Notes: a model not told the origin generated them from the sequence alone. DNA of 64,000 bases from Heteronotia binoei (GCF_032191835.1 NC_083231.1:62310001-62374000); one strand, 5' to 3'; counted from the first letter of the stretch, positions 36,250 to 47,976 are shown. Translations and numbers: made by a program.

Positions 36250-36340
36250 CATTTTATTTGTATCCCGCCCTCCCCGACGAAGCGGCTCAGGGCAGCTAAC
36301 AGCATAAAATTCAACACATACATTATATAATAAATAACAT
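36250..36340 (-). mobile_element. L2 3' terminus
   Basis: ttttatttgtatcccgccctccccgacgaagcggctcagggcagctaacagc. Confidence 0.7.
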
Positions 36341-36631
36341 TTATTCTCTAATCATCATCTCCTCACTACCAGTATTCACCAGGACCACTACTGCCTTCCC
36401 ATTTACCTCTGCTCTCTCCCCGCCCCCAAGCATGCCCTTCTTTGTCTTCTTCACCTGAACCATTGTTCCCATTCTTTGATAGAACAGGTCATGTGGGAGC
36501 AATCCAGGAGGATATATCCCAATTGCTCACAGCTACAGCACACTGGGCTCTGTGGTCCTGGGCTGTCTCCTAGGATTCCTGTCTTCAGCAGCATTTTTTT
36601 CAGATCCCCTGGCCCTAGTCACCCTCTAAGT

Positions 36632-36705
36632 CAGTGGCTCCCAACCTTTTTGGCACCAGGGACCGGTTTTGTGGAAGACAATTTTTCCATGGACCAGTGT
36701 GGGGG
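36632..36705. mobile_element. hAT Charlie-group terminal fragment (MER1/Charlie3/OC1-like)
   Basis: cagtggctcccaacctttttggcaccagggaccggttttgtggaagacaatttttccatggac; preceded by CTCTAAGT, resembling the NTCTAGAN target. Confidence 0.6.
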
Positions 36706-36932
36706 GGTGGTGCTGGGGTTTTTGCCACTGCAGGCTGATTAGCAAGGGTCTATAAATGAAGGGTAGGTAGGGTTGCCAAGTCCCTCTGCCACTGCTGGGG
36801 TGGGGGGACTTGTTCCTCATGCATGCAGAGTGTGCATGGCATGAGGACATCACCTGAACAATTCTCATAGGGTATGATGGCGTTCAGAACTTAAAAAGGC
36901 CTTCTTTGTTCACTTGCCAAGTCACATTGTGA

Positions 36933-37018
36933 TGGCAGCATGACTTGGGAAGTTCAGAAGGCATCTAAAGAGACCATGGTCTCTAGATGCCTTCTGAACT
37001 TCCCAAGTCATGCTGCCA
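36933..37018. repeat. Near-perfect spacerless palindrome (35-bp perfect arms, 14-bp palindromic centre, 2-nt bulge)
   Basis: 36933-36967 is the reverse complement of 36984-37018; centre GAGACCATGGTCTC. Confidence 0.9.
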
Positions 37019-37470
37019 CCACCACGGTCTCTTTAAATGCCTTCTAGCCATGACTGAATAAAAGCCAAATAATATCAGCTTTTATTCAGTTACAGCTATT
37101 TTGGTAGCTGAATCAAATTCTCTAATCTGATTCAGCTGAATAAATACCTGAAAAATACTGATAATGTATTTTCAGCTTGGTATATCCTGAGTGTACACCC
37201 CTAATTGCTGCATTTGATGTTCAGGAATACTGAGAGTAATGGAGAATCTAACTCTGTGGCATTCATTACAGGGAACAAAGCCCTCCTACCCGACACCTCA
37301 CATTTGGTAAATGAAGCTGGGGGGCAGAGTGGAACTGATCCATAGCAAGACCTCAGGAGCCTGTTGGATCAGCCCAAATTACATGTTCTTTGGAAACATC
37401 TAATATAGTGTTCTGGACATCTAAAAAACATGGTTTAGATTGTGCCATCTGGATTCACTTTTCAAGCCAC

Positions 37471-37682
37471 TAGGGCTGCCAACTCCAGCCTGGGAAATTA
37501 CTGGAGATTAGACAGTATAGTTTAGGGGGAGTAGGGTTTTAGAAGGGACCTTATTTGGTATAAGGCCATAGAGTTCAACCTCCAAAGCAGCCATTTTCTC
37601 TAGGGAAACTGGTTTCTGAAGTCAGGAGTTCAGTTGTAATTTTGGGAGATCTTCAGTCCCTACCTGGAGGCTGGCAACTCTA
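37471..37682. mobile_element. MITE with TAGGG(T/C)TGCCA termini
   Basis: tagggctgccaactcc ... ggctggcaactcta; flanking 6-bp repeat AGCCAC. Confidence 0.6.
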
Positions 37683-38424
37683 AGCCACCCATCCTTTCCA
37701 TGAAATAAGAGGTGCATGATTGTACTAAACATATGAAACCACACAAATCCTCCTACTATTGAGCTCTCCTAACCAACACGTTTATTTTCACTGATGCTAT
37801 TCCAATAAATTTTAGCTCTTTATTTCATACATTGTGCCATAAGCACCTCCATAGCATTATATCCTTTGTGACTTTGCTTCTTCAAATTCACAACCTTTTG
37901 CTGCAGTCATATAGAGCTTTATATGTATTTGACAGTCTCAGTCCTTATCAATATAGCAGTCAGCAGGAAAGGAAGTGGTTACAAATGGTGAGTCTACAAC
38001 AAAGATATCTGACATTTTCCTCTTAAGTGAGTGCATTTCCCCCCTTTGCTTCTGTAACATCCTTTGGTAACGTTGCTTAATCATAAAGAAATAATTAGAA
38101 ACATTACATCACACAGGGAGTTACAAATACAAATGATATAAAGGCTTCAAATGTTGAAAAAATGATTATTGAACATTCTTCACAAAGGTAATGACATTGC
38201 TTCATTGGACTAATCAGAATTAAAGCAATCAGTTTGGAGGAAATTGTTTCTATTAGCCATTAATTTAAAGTTAATTCCTTCTGAGAATATCTGTGCACTG
38301 CAGGTTTAACACCTTAAACACTTTCAGTGATTGCCTCATGATTAAAGGGAGACCTGTCCCCTTCTCTTTCCACACATGCTACTGCAGACCCACCAGAATC
38401 CTGCCATATTTCTATTTTTAAAAA

Positions 38425-38520
38425 AATTGTTAGATTTATATCCTGCCCTCCCTGCAAGTGGGCTCAGGGCAGGTAACAACAACAGGACTTACAAAGTCAT
38501 TAACACGGTTATCACAATAA
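38425..38520 (-). mobile_element. L2 3' terminus
   Basis: atttatatcctgccctccctgcaagtgggctcagggcaggtaacaac. Confidence 0.6.
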
Positions 38521-41500
38521 ATTACTTAAAATCAATTAAAAGGTGGTGAAGTATACACTAATTTATGGATCCCAAAAAGCTGAATAGATGATAGAAAAAG
38601 AGTTACAGCAGAATTAATAATAGCATCTCTTTGCATGGGCAGATATGTCAGCTCATGGATATCTCCTTTATTCCTCAGGATCCTAAAACAGAGCTTTATG
38701 ATGTACCCAGCCAGTCCTGAAAAGCTGAAGATTAATTGCATGAGTATGGTCTGTAGGAAACAAGTCCTCAGTGATTGGTTTTTACTTTTCTTTAGGTAGC
38801 CTGTTCAAAGAGAAGCTGCTTGTCACTGGCAGTGGTGTGGAAATTCTCAGTAATGGGGTAACATTTTGTGTGCAGCCAGCCACAATGCAGAGGCTATTTT
38901 GAGGAATCATGATATGTTAACTAGTCCTGAGACCAAGTGTAGAGAAGCGCCAAGAAAAAATGACATGAGATTTTAGGTTGTTGATGGTGTGTGTGATTTT
39001 TTTCCTTTGCTGTACTAAAGCCATCAGATGGCAGCTTGGCACGTCTACCTGAGGCAGCTCTTCCAAGCTGGTCTACTCATTCCATATGTTAACTGTTCTA
39101 TCACTATAAAGTGTCACATATTTGGCATGTTCTTCCTACATACTTACAAAATGCATGCAGGGAAAAGAGCTTTGTATTGGATCTCTAAAGGCTAGCACTC
39201 AATCCCAGCTGTGTCAGGAAGATATACACAACCTAGTTGCTTTTGTTTCAAACACAGAATTCTCAACTACCAAGTAAATCAAGGATGCCTATCTTTTTAA
39301 CCACTGGGACCAGCTTGTTCTCCTAGGGCCTCAGAGTGTATTTTGCCTTTTTTACAACTTTGCTAAGATATTACATACATCAAAATATTAAATTTGGGAT
39401 CACTCATTTTGAAAACATTTTTCTGCAACTGAAACTGTGGTCAATTTTTTTTTTTTTATGATACTGAGATTTGTAGGGCCTGAACAGATCAGGAATTTTA
39501 GGAGGCAGTTTTACACCATGGACTGGCCACCCATATTTTAGATTATATCACTAACTCCTGACTGGCTGAAACTGTTCATTTCCTATTGATGTTCAGGGGA
39601 TATACAAAACTGCTTCTGGTTATTATGACTCCTGGTTGGTGCTGTTTGTACTAGCCTCTGTTTCCTCTTTCTAGCTTTGCTTGGCCTAGCTTGAATTTTG
39701 CACCTTACATCTACTTCTGCTACTGGTATTTTAACTTTTCATTAGCTCTGATCCAGCATGATGATCAGCTCTTAAATTTTGAGCTCTGTATATTTTCTCT
39801 AAACTAATCTGCTGCATTTTGCAGGGCTGTTTACAGTCCTCCTGTGACCAGAGATCAGGAGGAGGCATGAAAGTATATGGCCCAGTAGAAATTCTTTCAA
39901 GATTGTCTGGATGTGTTTCATATTGTTGTTGTACTATCAACATTCCAATAATAATAGAACAGATCATTTTACATTTTTGCCAAAATACATTGGCATAATA
40001 GCATGCCCTCAAGGAAGATTGCAATTTTTTCATTATATCAGATTGGAAAAAGAACCACAACAAGAAAATATGGATTTTAGAAATGATTGCATATCTATGT
40101 AGCAGAACAGAATCTTTATAAGCCATGTTTTTTTATCAGTACTTAGAGATCCAGGAGTTTTGCTGACCAGTGTAGTAAAAATGTATTTTAGACCATGTGG
40201 GTAATGTTAACAAAACTAATTGTTGGAACAGATTCTGCAGTTACTAGCAGAATAACCCTTTAACGTCAGCTGAAAAAAGCTTTTTTAATTTTAATTCTAT
40301 TTTATTCTTGGTATCAATATATACAGAGTCTGCTTAACTGTTTAGAAAGCTCAGTGAATGGTGAAATTGTTCAATATTGGGGATTACGTATATTTCTACA
40401 TGAGCCTTCCCTACTAAATAAAACTAAGTTCAGAGAGAAGAGTCCTAGCTTAGCCTTCTGTTTAATATGTTACTTTTCTATGACTAGTTGTTTACCACTC
40501 CAACTTTTATCTTTTCTTCAGCACCATATTTGTTAGGGAACAAGACCATATTCCTCTATTTCCAGTCCAAACAGAGAACTCTCTCCAGTCAAAAAATGCC
40601 TATTAACAGCAATACTCAAATATTGTGAAACAAGCAGACATAAACGTAGGGTGTTCTTTGAAGGAAAGCTTTACCCTTTTTTAATAGCTCTTAAGGAACA
40701 ACCTTAATGTGATGATGACTTGCCCCCCCTCCCAGACGGAAGGAAGAGACAGACACAAGGGTTTGGGTAACTAAAGGGCCACTTTCTTTATTTATTACAT
40801 TAACACAAGGGCTATAACATAACAGGCAGCACGGCAGGGCCAGGGGACGAAATACCCCTCCCCTGCTGCATGACGGGTGAGCCACTCTGCCCCTAGGTAT
40901 AGCCAAAATACATGGCTCATACCCGGGCGGCCTAGCAAAGGCTATGTCCTGGAGTTCCAACCCCCAGCCGCACGGCTAATGGCAAATCAATCCACGCAAA
41001 CCCAAGGCAGTCCACTTCATCACTCAACCATCCTGCATGGTCCAGGAATGATTTAGCGAGACCCTGTGCCCCAAAACTGGGGTGCTACAGGTGCTCACCG
41101 AGCTGCATAGCGAAAGTTTAGGCCAAAACCCAGCCAACCTAAAAAGTGACCGACCTATTTAACCAGCCACACCCCAGCCAATTCCACAATCCCTTCTACA
41201 GGCAGTGTGAGGTAGGCAAAAAACACCACTTCCTACAGCCAAAACAGAAGTGGTGAAAAAATTCCTACCCAGTCCCCCAAAACTGAGAGCAACCAGCAGT
41301 TGCCCACACTGCATCAAGGGTGGGAGGGAGGACCGAGCACAAAGCAAAGAATGAGAGGAGGGAGCGGAGCATGCCTCTAGGGTGTGCCTGCTCCACCCCC
41401 ACCTCTGAAGATGCCCTGCCCACTCCTCCTCCTTGCGAGGAGACAAAATGGCCCCCAGACGCAAGGTTATGCAGCCTGCCTCTGGATGGGAGCCGCATTG

Positions 41501-41874
41501 CACTCCCAGATGGAAGGAAGAGATGGGCACAAGGCTTTGGGTAACTAAAGGGCCTCTTTCTTTATGTATTACATTAACACAAGAGCTATAACATAACAGG
41601 CAGCATGGCAGGGCCAGGAGACAAAATACCCCTCCCCTGCTGCATGACAGGTGAGCCACCCTGCCCCTAGATATAGCCAAAATACATGGCTTGTACCCGG
41701 GCAGCTTAGCAAAGGTTATGCCCTGGATTTCCAATTCCCAGCCGCACGGCTAAAGGGCAAATCAATCCATGCAAACCCAAGGCAGTCCGCTTCATCACTC
41801 AACCATCCTGCACGGTCCAGGAATGATTTAGCGAGACCCTGTGCACCAAAACTGGGGTGCTACAGGTGCTCACC

Positions 41875-42162
41875 AAATCATCTTTGGCCTGCAACACAAG
41901 GGCTTTTCCCTTGAGCAGGCCTAACTCATTACCACCCAGATGTATCACCACAACATGTGGCAGCAACATGTGCACATCTTTGAACAAGAGGGGCAACAGG
42001 CCTGACCAATGGAGACCCCTCTGTCCACGCCATTCAATGGTGGCCCACTTGCTGAACCCCAGCTGTGACCCGGCTGAAGTCCTCCTGGCCGATGGGCAGC
42101 CCAAAACATGAAGCTGTGTCTGCATATGAGGACACATCATCTCTCTCCACGGACCACAGCAC
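41875..42162 (-). pseudogene. Ngaro SGNH-hydrolase ORF (N-terminal part; frameshifted, truncated)
   Basis: VLIC(R)HSFMFWAAH (GxS-type nucleophile block, G>R), then after a 1-nt shift WRGQRGLHW and PHVVVIHLGGNELG (GxND-type block). Confidence 0.75.
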
Positions 42163-42239
42163 CTGAGAAAAGAAGAAACGAATAACATAGCCTCCTAATA
42201 ACGTGATGCCAATTATTGCAGTGCAAGAGGGCAAACATA

Positions 42240-45200
42240 TTTATTTATTTATTTATTTATATTGGGATTTATACCCCGCCCTTCGCACCGAAGTGTCTCA
42301 GGGCGGCTTACAACATGATAATACAAATACTACAATTTAAAACACTTACAAGTAAAATTAAAACCATAAATTAATAAAAGCAAGATAGATAAAAACCGGC
42401 GGTCTACAGATGCATTTTGTTCCATCCAAAAGATTTCCTTGTCAGTCAGTATTATAGGCCTGCCGGAAGAGGGCTGTCTTACAGGCCCTGCGGAACTGCC
42501 CTAGGTCCCGCAGGGCCCGCACCTCCTCCGGCAGCTGGTTCCACCAATAAGGTGCCGTTACTGAGAAGGCCCGATCCCTGGTGGATTTTAGACGGGCCTC
42601 CTTTGGCCCGGGGACTATCAGCAGGTTTTGTGAACCCGAGCGTAGTACTCTCTGGGGAACGTGTGGGGAAAGACGGTCCCTAAGGTAGACAGGTCCTAGG
42701 CCATATAGGGCTTTAAAGGTAATAACCAACACCTTGTACCGGACTCGGAATATTACTGGCAGCCAGTGCAGATCCCGGAGCCCCGGCCGAATGTGCTCCC
42801 GTCTTGGGAGCCCTAATAACAGCCGGGCAGCAGCGTTCTGCACCAACTGCAGTTTCCGGGTCCGGCACAAGGGTAGCCCCATGTAGAGGGCATTACAGTA
42901 GTCTAACCTCGAGGTGACCGTAGCATGAATCACTGTTGCCAGGTCGTCACGTTCCAGGAAGGGGGCCAACTGCTTCGCCCGCCGAAGGTGAAAAAACGCG
43001 GACTTGGCAGTGGCTGCTATCTGGGCCTCCATTGTCAGTGAAGGCTCCAACAGCACCCCCAGGCTCTTAACCCTGCCCGACGCTGTTAGTGGCGCGCCGT
43101 CAAAAACTGGCAGGGGGATTTCCCTTCCCGGGCCGCAGCGACCAAGGCACAGGACCTCTGTCTTCGCCGGATTCAGCTTCAGCCCGCTCAGCCTAAACCA
43201 CCTAGCCACTGCCTGTAACGCTCGGTCCAAATTTTCTGGGGCGCAGGCGGGCCGGCCATCCATAAGCAGATAGAGCTGGGTGTCATCAGCATATTGGTGA
43301 CACCCGAGCCCGTACCTTCGGGCAATCTGGGCAAGGGGGCGCATGTAGATGTTAAATAACATCGGGGAGAGCACCGCCCCTTGAGGCACCCCGCAATCAA
43401 GCGTGTGTCTCCGGGACAGTTCCTCCCCAATCGCCACCCTTTGTCCCCGACCGTCAAGGAAAGAGGAAAACCATTGCAAGGCCAACCCCTGAATCCCTGC
43501 GTCGGCAAGGCGGCGCGCCAGAAGCCGATGGTCGACCATATCGAACGCTGCCGATAGGTCCAACAACATCAGCACTGCCGAGCCGCCTTGATCCAGATGC
43601 CGCTGAAGGTCATCCACCAGGGCGACCAGCACCGTCTCCGTCCCGTGGCCCGGGCGAAAACCAGACTGGTAGGGGTCAAGGATAGAAGCGTCCTCCAGGA
43701 AGCTCTGTAGCTGCAACGCCACTGCCCTCTCGATAAGTTTGCCCAAAAAGGGCAAATTCGATACCGGCCGATAGTGTGCCAATTCGGTCGGATCTAACGA
43801 TGTTTTCTTCAAGAGGGGACGGACCACCGCCTCTCTGAGCGCTGATGGAAAATGCCCCTCCAGTAGGGATCTATTTATGATATCCCGTATAGGATATCTT
43901 AGCTCCCTCCGGCAGGTCTTAATAAGCCAGGAGGGGCATGGATCCAATTTACAAGTTGTTGGGCGTGCAGATAGGAGGATCCTGTCAACTTCTTCCAGGC
44001 TGAGCGCGCCGAAGCCGTCCAGGACGCGATCCGAAGACAGGCACAGAGCCTCAGGTTCGCTAACTGTATCTAATATGGCAGGAAAGTCGGAACGGAGCGA
44101 TGCGATTTTATCCGCAAAAAAATCCGCAAAAGCCTCACAGCCAATTTCCAATTCATTAAAATTTGGTCTGCCCTGTGGCAGCGTTGTAAGGGTCCGGATT
44201 GTATTGAACAGTTGTGCCGGGCGCGAAATTGCGGACGCAATCTCCGCCGCAAAGTAAGTTTTCTTTGCGGCCTTGACTGCCATCTCATAGGACTTCATAA
44301 CCTCTCTATAAGATGTTCGAGTCGCTTCGTCTCGAGTACGCCGCCATTGCCTCTCTAGTCGTCTGAGTCCCCGTTTCAGCCGACGCAGCCCCTGGTTATA
44401 CCAGGGTGTCGGCCTTGCGCGAGGGCGCAGAGGACGCCTAGGCGCGATCTCGTCGATGGCTCCGGTGAGCCTATTATTCCAGGACTCCACCAGGTCATCG
44501 AGGGAATCGCCAGGGGGGCAGGGATCCCGCAGAGCCGTCAGGAACCGTTCCGGGTCCATCAGGCTCCGCGGGCGAGCTAAAATAAGCTCGCCGCCCAAAC
44601 GGGGTTGGGGTGGGACGTCCACACGAGCCTTGAGGGCATAGTGATCCGACCATGGCACCGCTATAGAAGCAAGATCGTCCACTAAAACTCCCGACGCGAA
44701 GATCAAGTCTAACATGTGACCGGCCTGGTGAGTGGGTGTCGTAACTACTTGGGAGAGTCCTAGTGTCGCCATGGAAGACACTAGGTCCATCGCCTGATTG
44801 GAGGTCACGTCATCGGCATGGACATTGAAGTCACCCAGAATCAAAAGTCTCGGGTGCCTCAATGCCCACCCTGTTGCAGCCTCCATCAGTGATAGTAAGG
44901 CGCTGGCCGGTGCGTTAGGCGGTCGGTACACCAGCCAGATCGCCAACCCCTCCCCAACATCCCACGCCAGGCCGGCACATTCAATGCCCTTGATCTCCGG
45001 AGCCGGGAGGGCCCGGAAGGAGTAAACCTCTCGAATGAACAGGGCCACCCCTCCCCCCCGCCCGCTAGTCCGCGACTGGTGAAAGACCGAGTATCCCGGG
45101 GGCGCGATCTGGGAGAGAGCTACGGTCTCCCCATCGCGGACCCAGGTCTCGGTCACGCATGCCAGGTCCGTGTCCTGTTCGAGCAGGAATTCCCGAAGGA

Positions 45201-45916
45201 TAGAGGTCTTATTATTAATGGACCTGGCATTACATAACACCAGTGACGGAGGCGAGTAATCTCGCCTTGCCCCCTTACCTGTCACCATCGGGATGGGACG
45301 CAGGCTGGAAGGTGGTCGAGCGCTATCTCGTCTCGATCTCCTTCCCTTCCATTTCTGCCTGTTCCCACCGTCATACCTTCCCCTCCCCAGGAGTACCGGA
45401 ATCCCCAGACCAATCATCTCTCACTGGTGCCACCAGCTCCTCCACTGACTGTATCTCCTCTCAACCCTCCCACCTCCAATTGGCCTATCAATAAATAAAT
45501 TACCCACTAATATTCTAATAGTTACTTAATCTGATAGTTGCTTTATCTAATAATTACTTAATCTAATAGTTATTTAATTTACCCCCCACGTAACCCATCC
45601 AATCCACTAGCTAACAATAATAAATTATATTTCCAATTGGCTTCTTAATTAAAACTCTTCAATCATTATTATCCCCTATCCAATTAATTTGCCATAAATA
45701 GTTCCATTAAATTAGCTAGTCAATAAAACAATTTAAATAACCAATAATTAATCCAGTCTTAACAGTTTAAATAACCAATAAATTACACCAATCTTAATAA
45801 TTTGGGAGATAGGATCCAATGGGTAGGAGGGAACAGTTTGTACCAAATAAAGTGCTGGGGACAATAAAGTGCAAATGGTCTTAAAGGTCCTTATTTGACT
45901 AAAGTGCTGCTGGTTT
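42240..45916 (-). mobile_element. Young L2 LINE inserted into the Ngaro recombinase gene
   Basis: (TAAA)n tail at 42240-42259, intact ORF, 499-bp AT-rich leader; flanks rejoin to AYKGYV of the YR with a TA duplication. Confidence 0.93.
42442..45417 (-). CDS. L2 ORF2 (APE endonuclease plus reverse transcriptase), 991 aa, uninterrupted
   Basis: CNARSINNK, VTETW, VYRPP, LGDFN, SDH; YRPVSNL, QSGFR, LDLSAAFD, GVPQGAVLSP, QYADD. Confidence 0.95.
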   Translation of the reverse strand: MIGLGIPVLLGRGRYDGGNRQKWKGRRSRRDSARPPSSLRPIPMVTGKGARRDYSPPSLVLCNARSINNKTSILREFLLEQDTDLACVTETWVRDGETVALSQIAPPGYSVFHQSRTSGRGGGVALFIREVYSFRALPAPEIKGIECAGLAWDVGEGLAIWLVYRPPNAPASALLSLMEAATGWALRHPRLLILGDFNVHADDVTSNQAMDLVSSMATLGLSQVVTTPTHQAGHMLDLIFASGVLVDDLASIAVPWSDHYALKARVDVPPQPRLGGELILARPRSLMDPERFLTALRDPCPPGDSLDDLVESWNNRLTGAIDEIAPRRPLRPRARPTPWYNQGLRRLKRGLRRLERQWRRTRDEATRTSYREVMKSYEMAVKAAKKTYFAAEIASAISRPAQLFNTIRTLTTLPQGRPNFNELEIGCEAFADFFADKIASLRSDFPAILDTVSEPEALCLSSDRVLDGFGALSLEEVDRILLSARPTTCKLDPCPSWLIKTCRRELRYPIRDIINRSLLEGHFPSALREAVVRPLLKKTSLDPTELAHYRPVSNLPFLGKLIERAVALQLQSFLEDASILDPYQSGFRPGHGTETVLVALVDDLQRHLDQGGSAVLMLLDLSAAFDMVDHRLLARRLADAGIQGLALQWFSSFLDGRGQRVAIGEELSRRHTLDCGVPQGAVLSPMLFNIYMRPLAQIARRYGLGCHQYADDTQLYLLMDGRPACAPENLDRALQAVARWFRLSGLKLNPAKTEVLCLGRCGPGREIPLPVFDGAPLTASGRVKSLGVLLEPSLTMEAQIAATAKSAFFHLRRAKQLAPFLERDDLATVIHATVTSRLDYCNALYMGLPLCRTRKLQLVQNAAARLLLGLPRREHIRPGLRDLHWLPVIFRVRYKVLVITFKALYGLGPVYLRDRLSPHVPQRVLRSGSQNLLIVPGPKEARLKSTRDRAFSVTAPYWWNQLPEEVRALRDLGQFRRACKTALFRQAYNTD

Positions 45917-46640
45917 TAGCCCTTATAGGCCGAGGAACGCTACCTACCAAGCTTCTGAATGGAAGGCAGGGAGTACCCCAGGGCAGCAGCCGTAGATGCT
46001 GCTCCAATACGGAAGGAATGGGTACCGAACTTAACTCCCGACAGGCCCAGCATAGCATGGGCCTTGCATGTCACTGTCCAAAACTGATGCTTCATCAGGG
46101 GACTGCAGTCCCCGTGATGGAACAACAGGCCAACACCCAAACCATGAGCAACCATGTATTGCGTTAAAGCCACTACGGGACAGATCTCAACATCAGAACA
46201 GGAACCCAAACTAATAGTATCCCCCCATTGCAGTTGATCGGACTTGGAATGATGAACTGTAACATATACCGATCCGCCAGCCAGATGAAGGCCCTCCCTG
46301 AAACATCTTGTTTGGACTGAGCCAACAGCTCACTCACCCAGAGAGCCCCGAAGAATGCCATGAGAGAGGCGGCATGAAAGAACAGCATTTCGTACTCCGA
46401 CACGCACACCTGGCCCCAGATCGATCGTAAACCCCTAAGAACTGCAGGGGAAATTGGTTGCCTAGGATCCCAACTTCTCTAGACCAACCTTCCAACATTT
46501 TCTTAATACGGAAGTCACCAGTATTCTCCTGGAAACCCAAAGCCTTACTAGCAAAGGCCAACGCAGACATCTGGCCCCGAATAGATCGAACTGCTAATCC
46601 CCTGCGCCTTAAATTACACTATAGTGGAGTAATTGCTCCA
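45917..46640 (-). pseudogene. Ngaro tyrosine recombinase (frameshifted, catalytic residues damaged)
   Basis: FRIKKMLEGW, FFGAL(W)VSEL (R>W), THSFRIGAAS (HxxR), GR*RSSAYKGY. Confidence 0.85.
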
Positions 46641-46748
46641 CTGGAAGGGGCCATCCTCTTTGGTAAATCAATTTGCTCCTAAAACTTTCGAACTGGCATA
46701 CTGCCCTGTTGTACGATTTTCTGGTACTAGGAACAATGGCGAGACTTA

Positions 46749-47976
46749 TTACTTTGCCAGCCTCGACCCGCCAATCATCCATATTCCAGGGGGCATCATT
46801 GTTGGAAGAAGATCTGCATCTGGGGTCAGCTGGTGAAACCTCTGCATCTGTTTGCGGGAGAGAGCATCAGCCATCCCATTAGCCACCCCAGGCACATGCC
46901 TGGTGAAAAATAAAATATTAAGCCTCAGGCAACGGAGAGTGAAGGCCCGCACCAGCTTCATCATTCTGAGGGATTTGGAAGTGAGGGAATTGATAACATG
47001 CACCATGGCTAAGTTGTCGCACCAAAAGTGGACTGTGTGGTCTGCCAACTCATTCCCCCATAACCAAACGGCTACCAAGATCGGGAAGAACTCCAAAAAA
47101 GTAAAATCTCTGTTTCATCCTGCATCTACCCATTCCTGGGGCCATTCCTCTGCGCACCAGTGTCTGTGAAAGTAGACGTCTGATGTAATTTGCAGCTCAA
47201 CTTTCAGCTGTAACTCAGCCATCCAAAAGGAGACACTATTAAAGGAGTTTAAAAACTCCTTCCATAGTAAAAGGTCCTCCCTCATGCTGCGTGAAATTCT
47301 GATTAGGTGATGCGGCTGGCGTAATCCAGCCATTGCATCACACAACCTCCTCAAAAAGGGGCGACCAGGAGCTACCACCTTACATGCAAAATTTAAGTGA
47401 CCCACCAACTGCTGCAGCTCCCTCAAGGTTGCCTTTTGCCACAGCAAAAACTGAGCAACCATTTCCTGCAGACCTAGAATTTTGTCCCTTGGGAGGCATG
47501 AAGTTTGTTGGAATGAATCAAGTTCAACCCCCAGGAATGTCAGTCTTCTCATGGGCTAGAGGAACGCCCAGTTCCGCTGACTGCACTGCAAAGGCCACCA
47601 TCAAATGGGCGCGCTGGCTGGAGCCTAAGGGGCCCGCAAACAGGAAGTCATCCAGATAATGCACCACATTGCTCAAATGAGCCCAGCGGTGCACTGCCCA
47701 TTCTAAAAAGGAGCTAAAGCGTTCGAAGGACGCACAAGAAACGGAGCACCCCATGGGCAGGGCCCTGTCCTTATAAAACCGCCCTTCAAAATGAAAACCC
47801 AGCAATTCAAAATCCAAAGGGTGAACAGGTAGGAGGCAAAAGGCGGACTTTATGTCGCACTTTGCCAACTCAACCCCTACCCCACAACGCCTTACCATCT
47901 GCACCGCTTGATCAAAAGATGTGTACCGCACAGTACACAAATTTTCTGGTATGGCATCATTCACCGATTCCCCATG
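46749..47976 (-). pseudogene. Ngaro RT and RNase H (frameshifted; RT N-terminus missing)
   Basis: AKCDIKSAF, LPMGCSVSC, HYLDDFLF, LVGHLNFAC; FWCDN..RHVPGVANGMADALSR. Confidence 0.9.

Noticed and set aside
39731-40126. 131-aa minus-strand ORF
   Set aside because: No recognisable motif and no convincing splice acceptor.
43004-45494. Several overlapping ORFs on both strands inside the L2
   Set aside because: Shadow frames of a GC-rich, stop-poor coding sequence.
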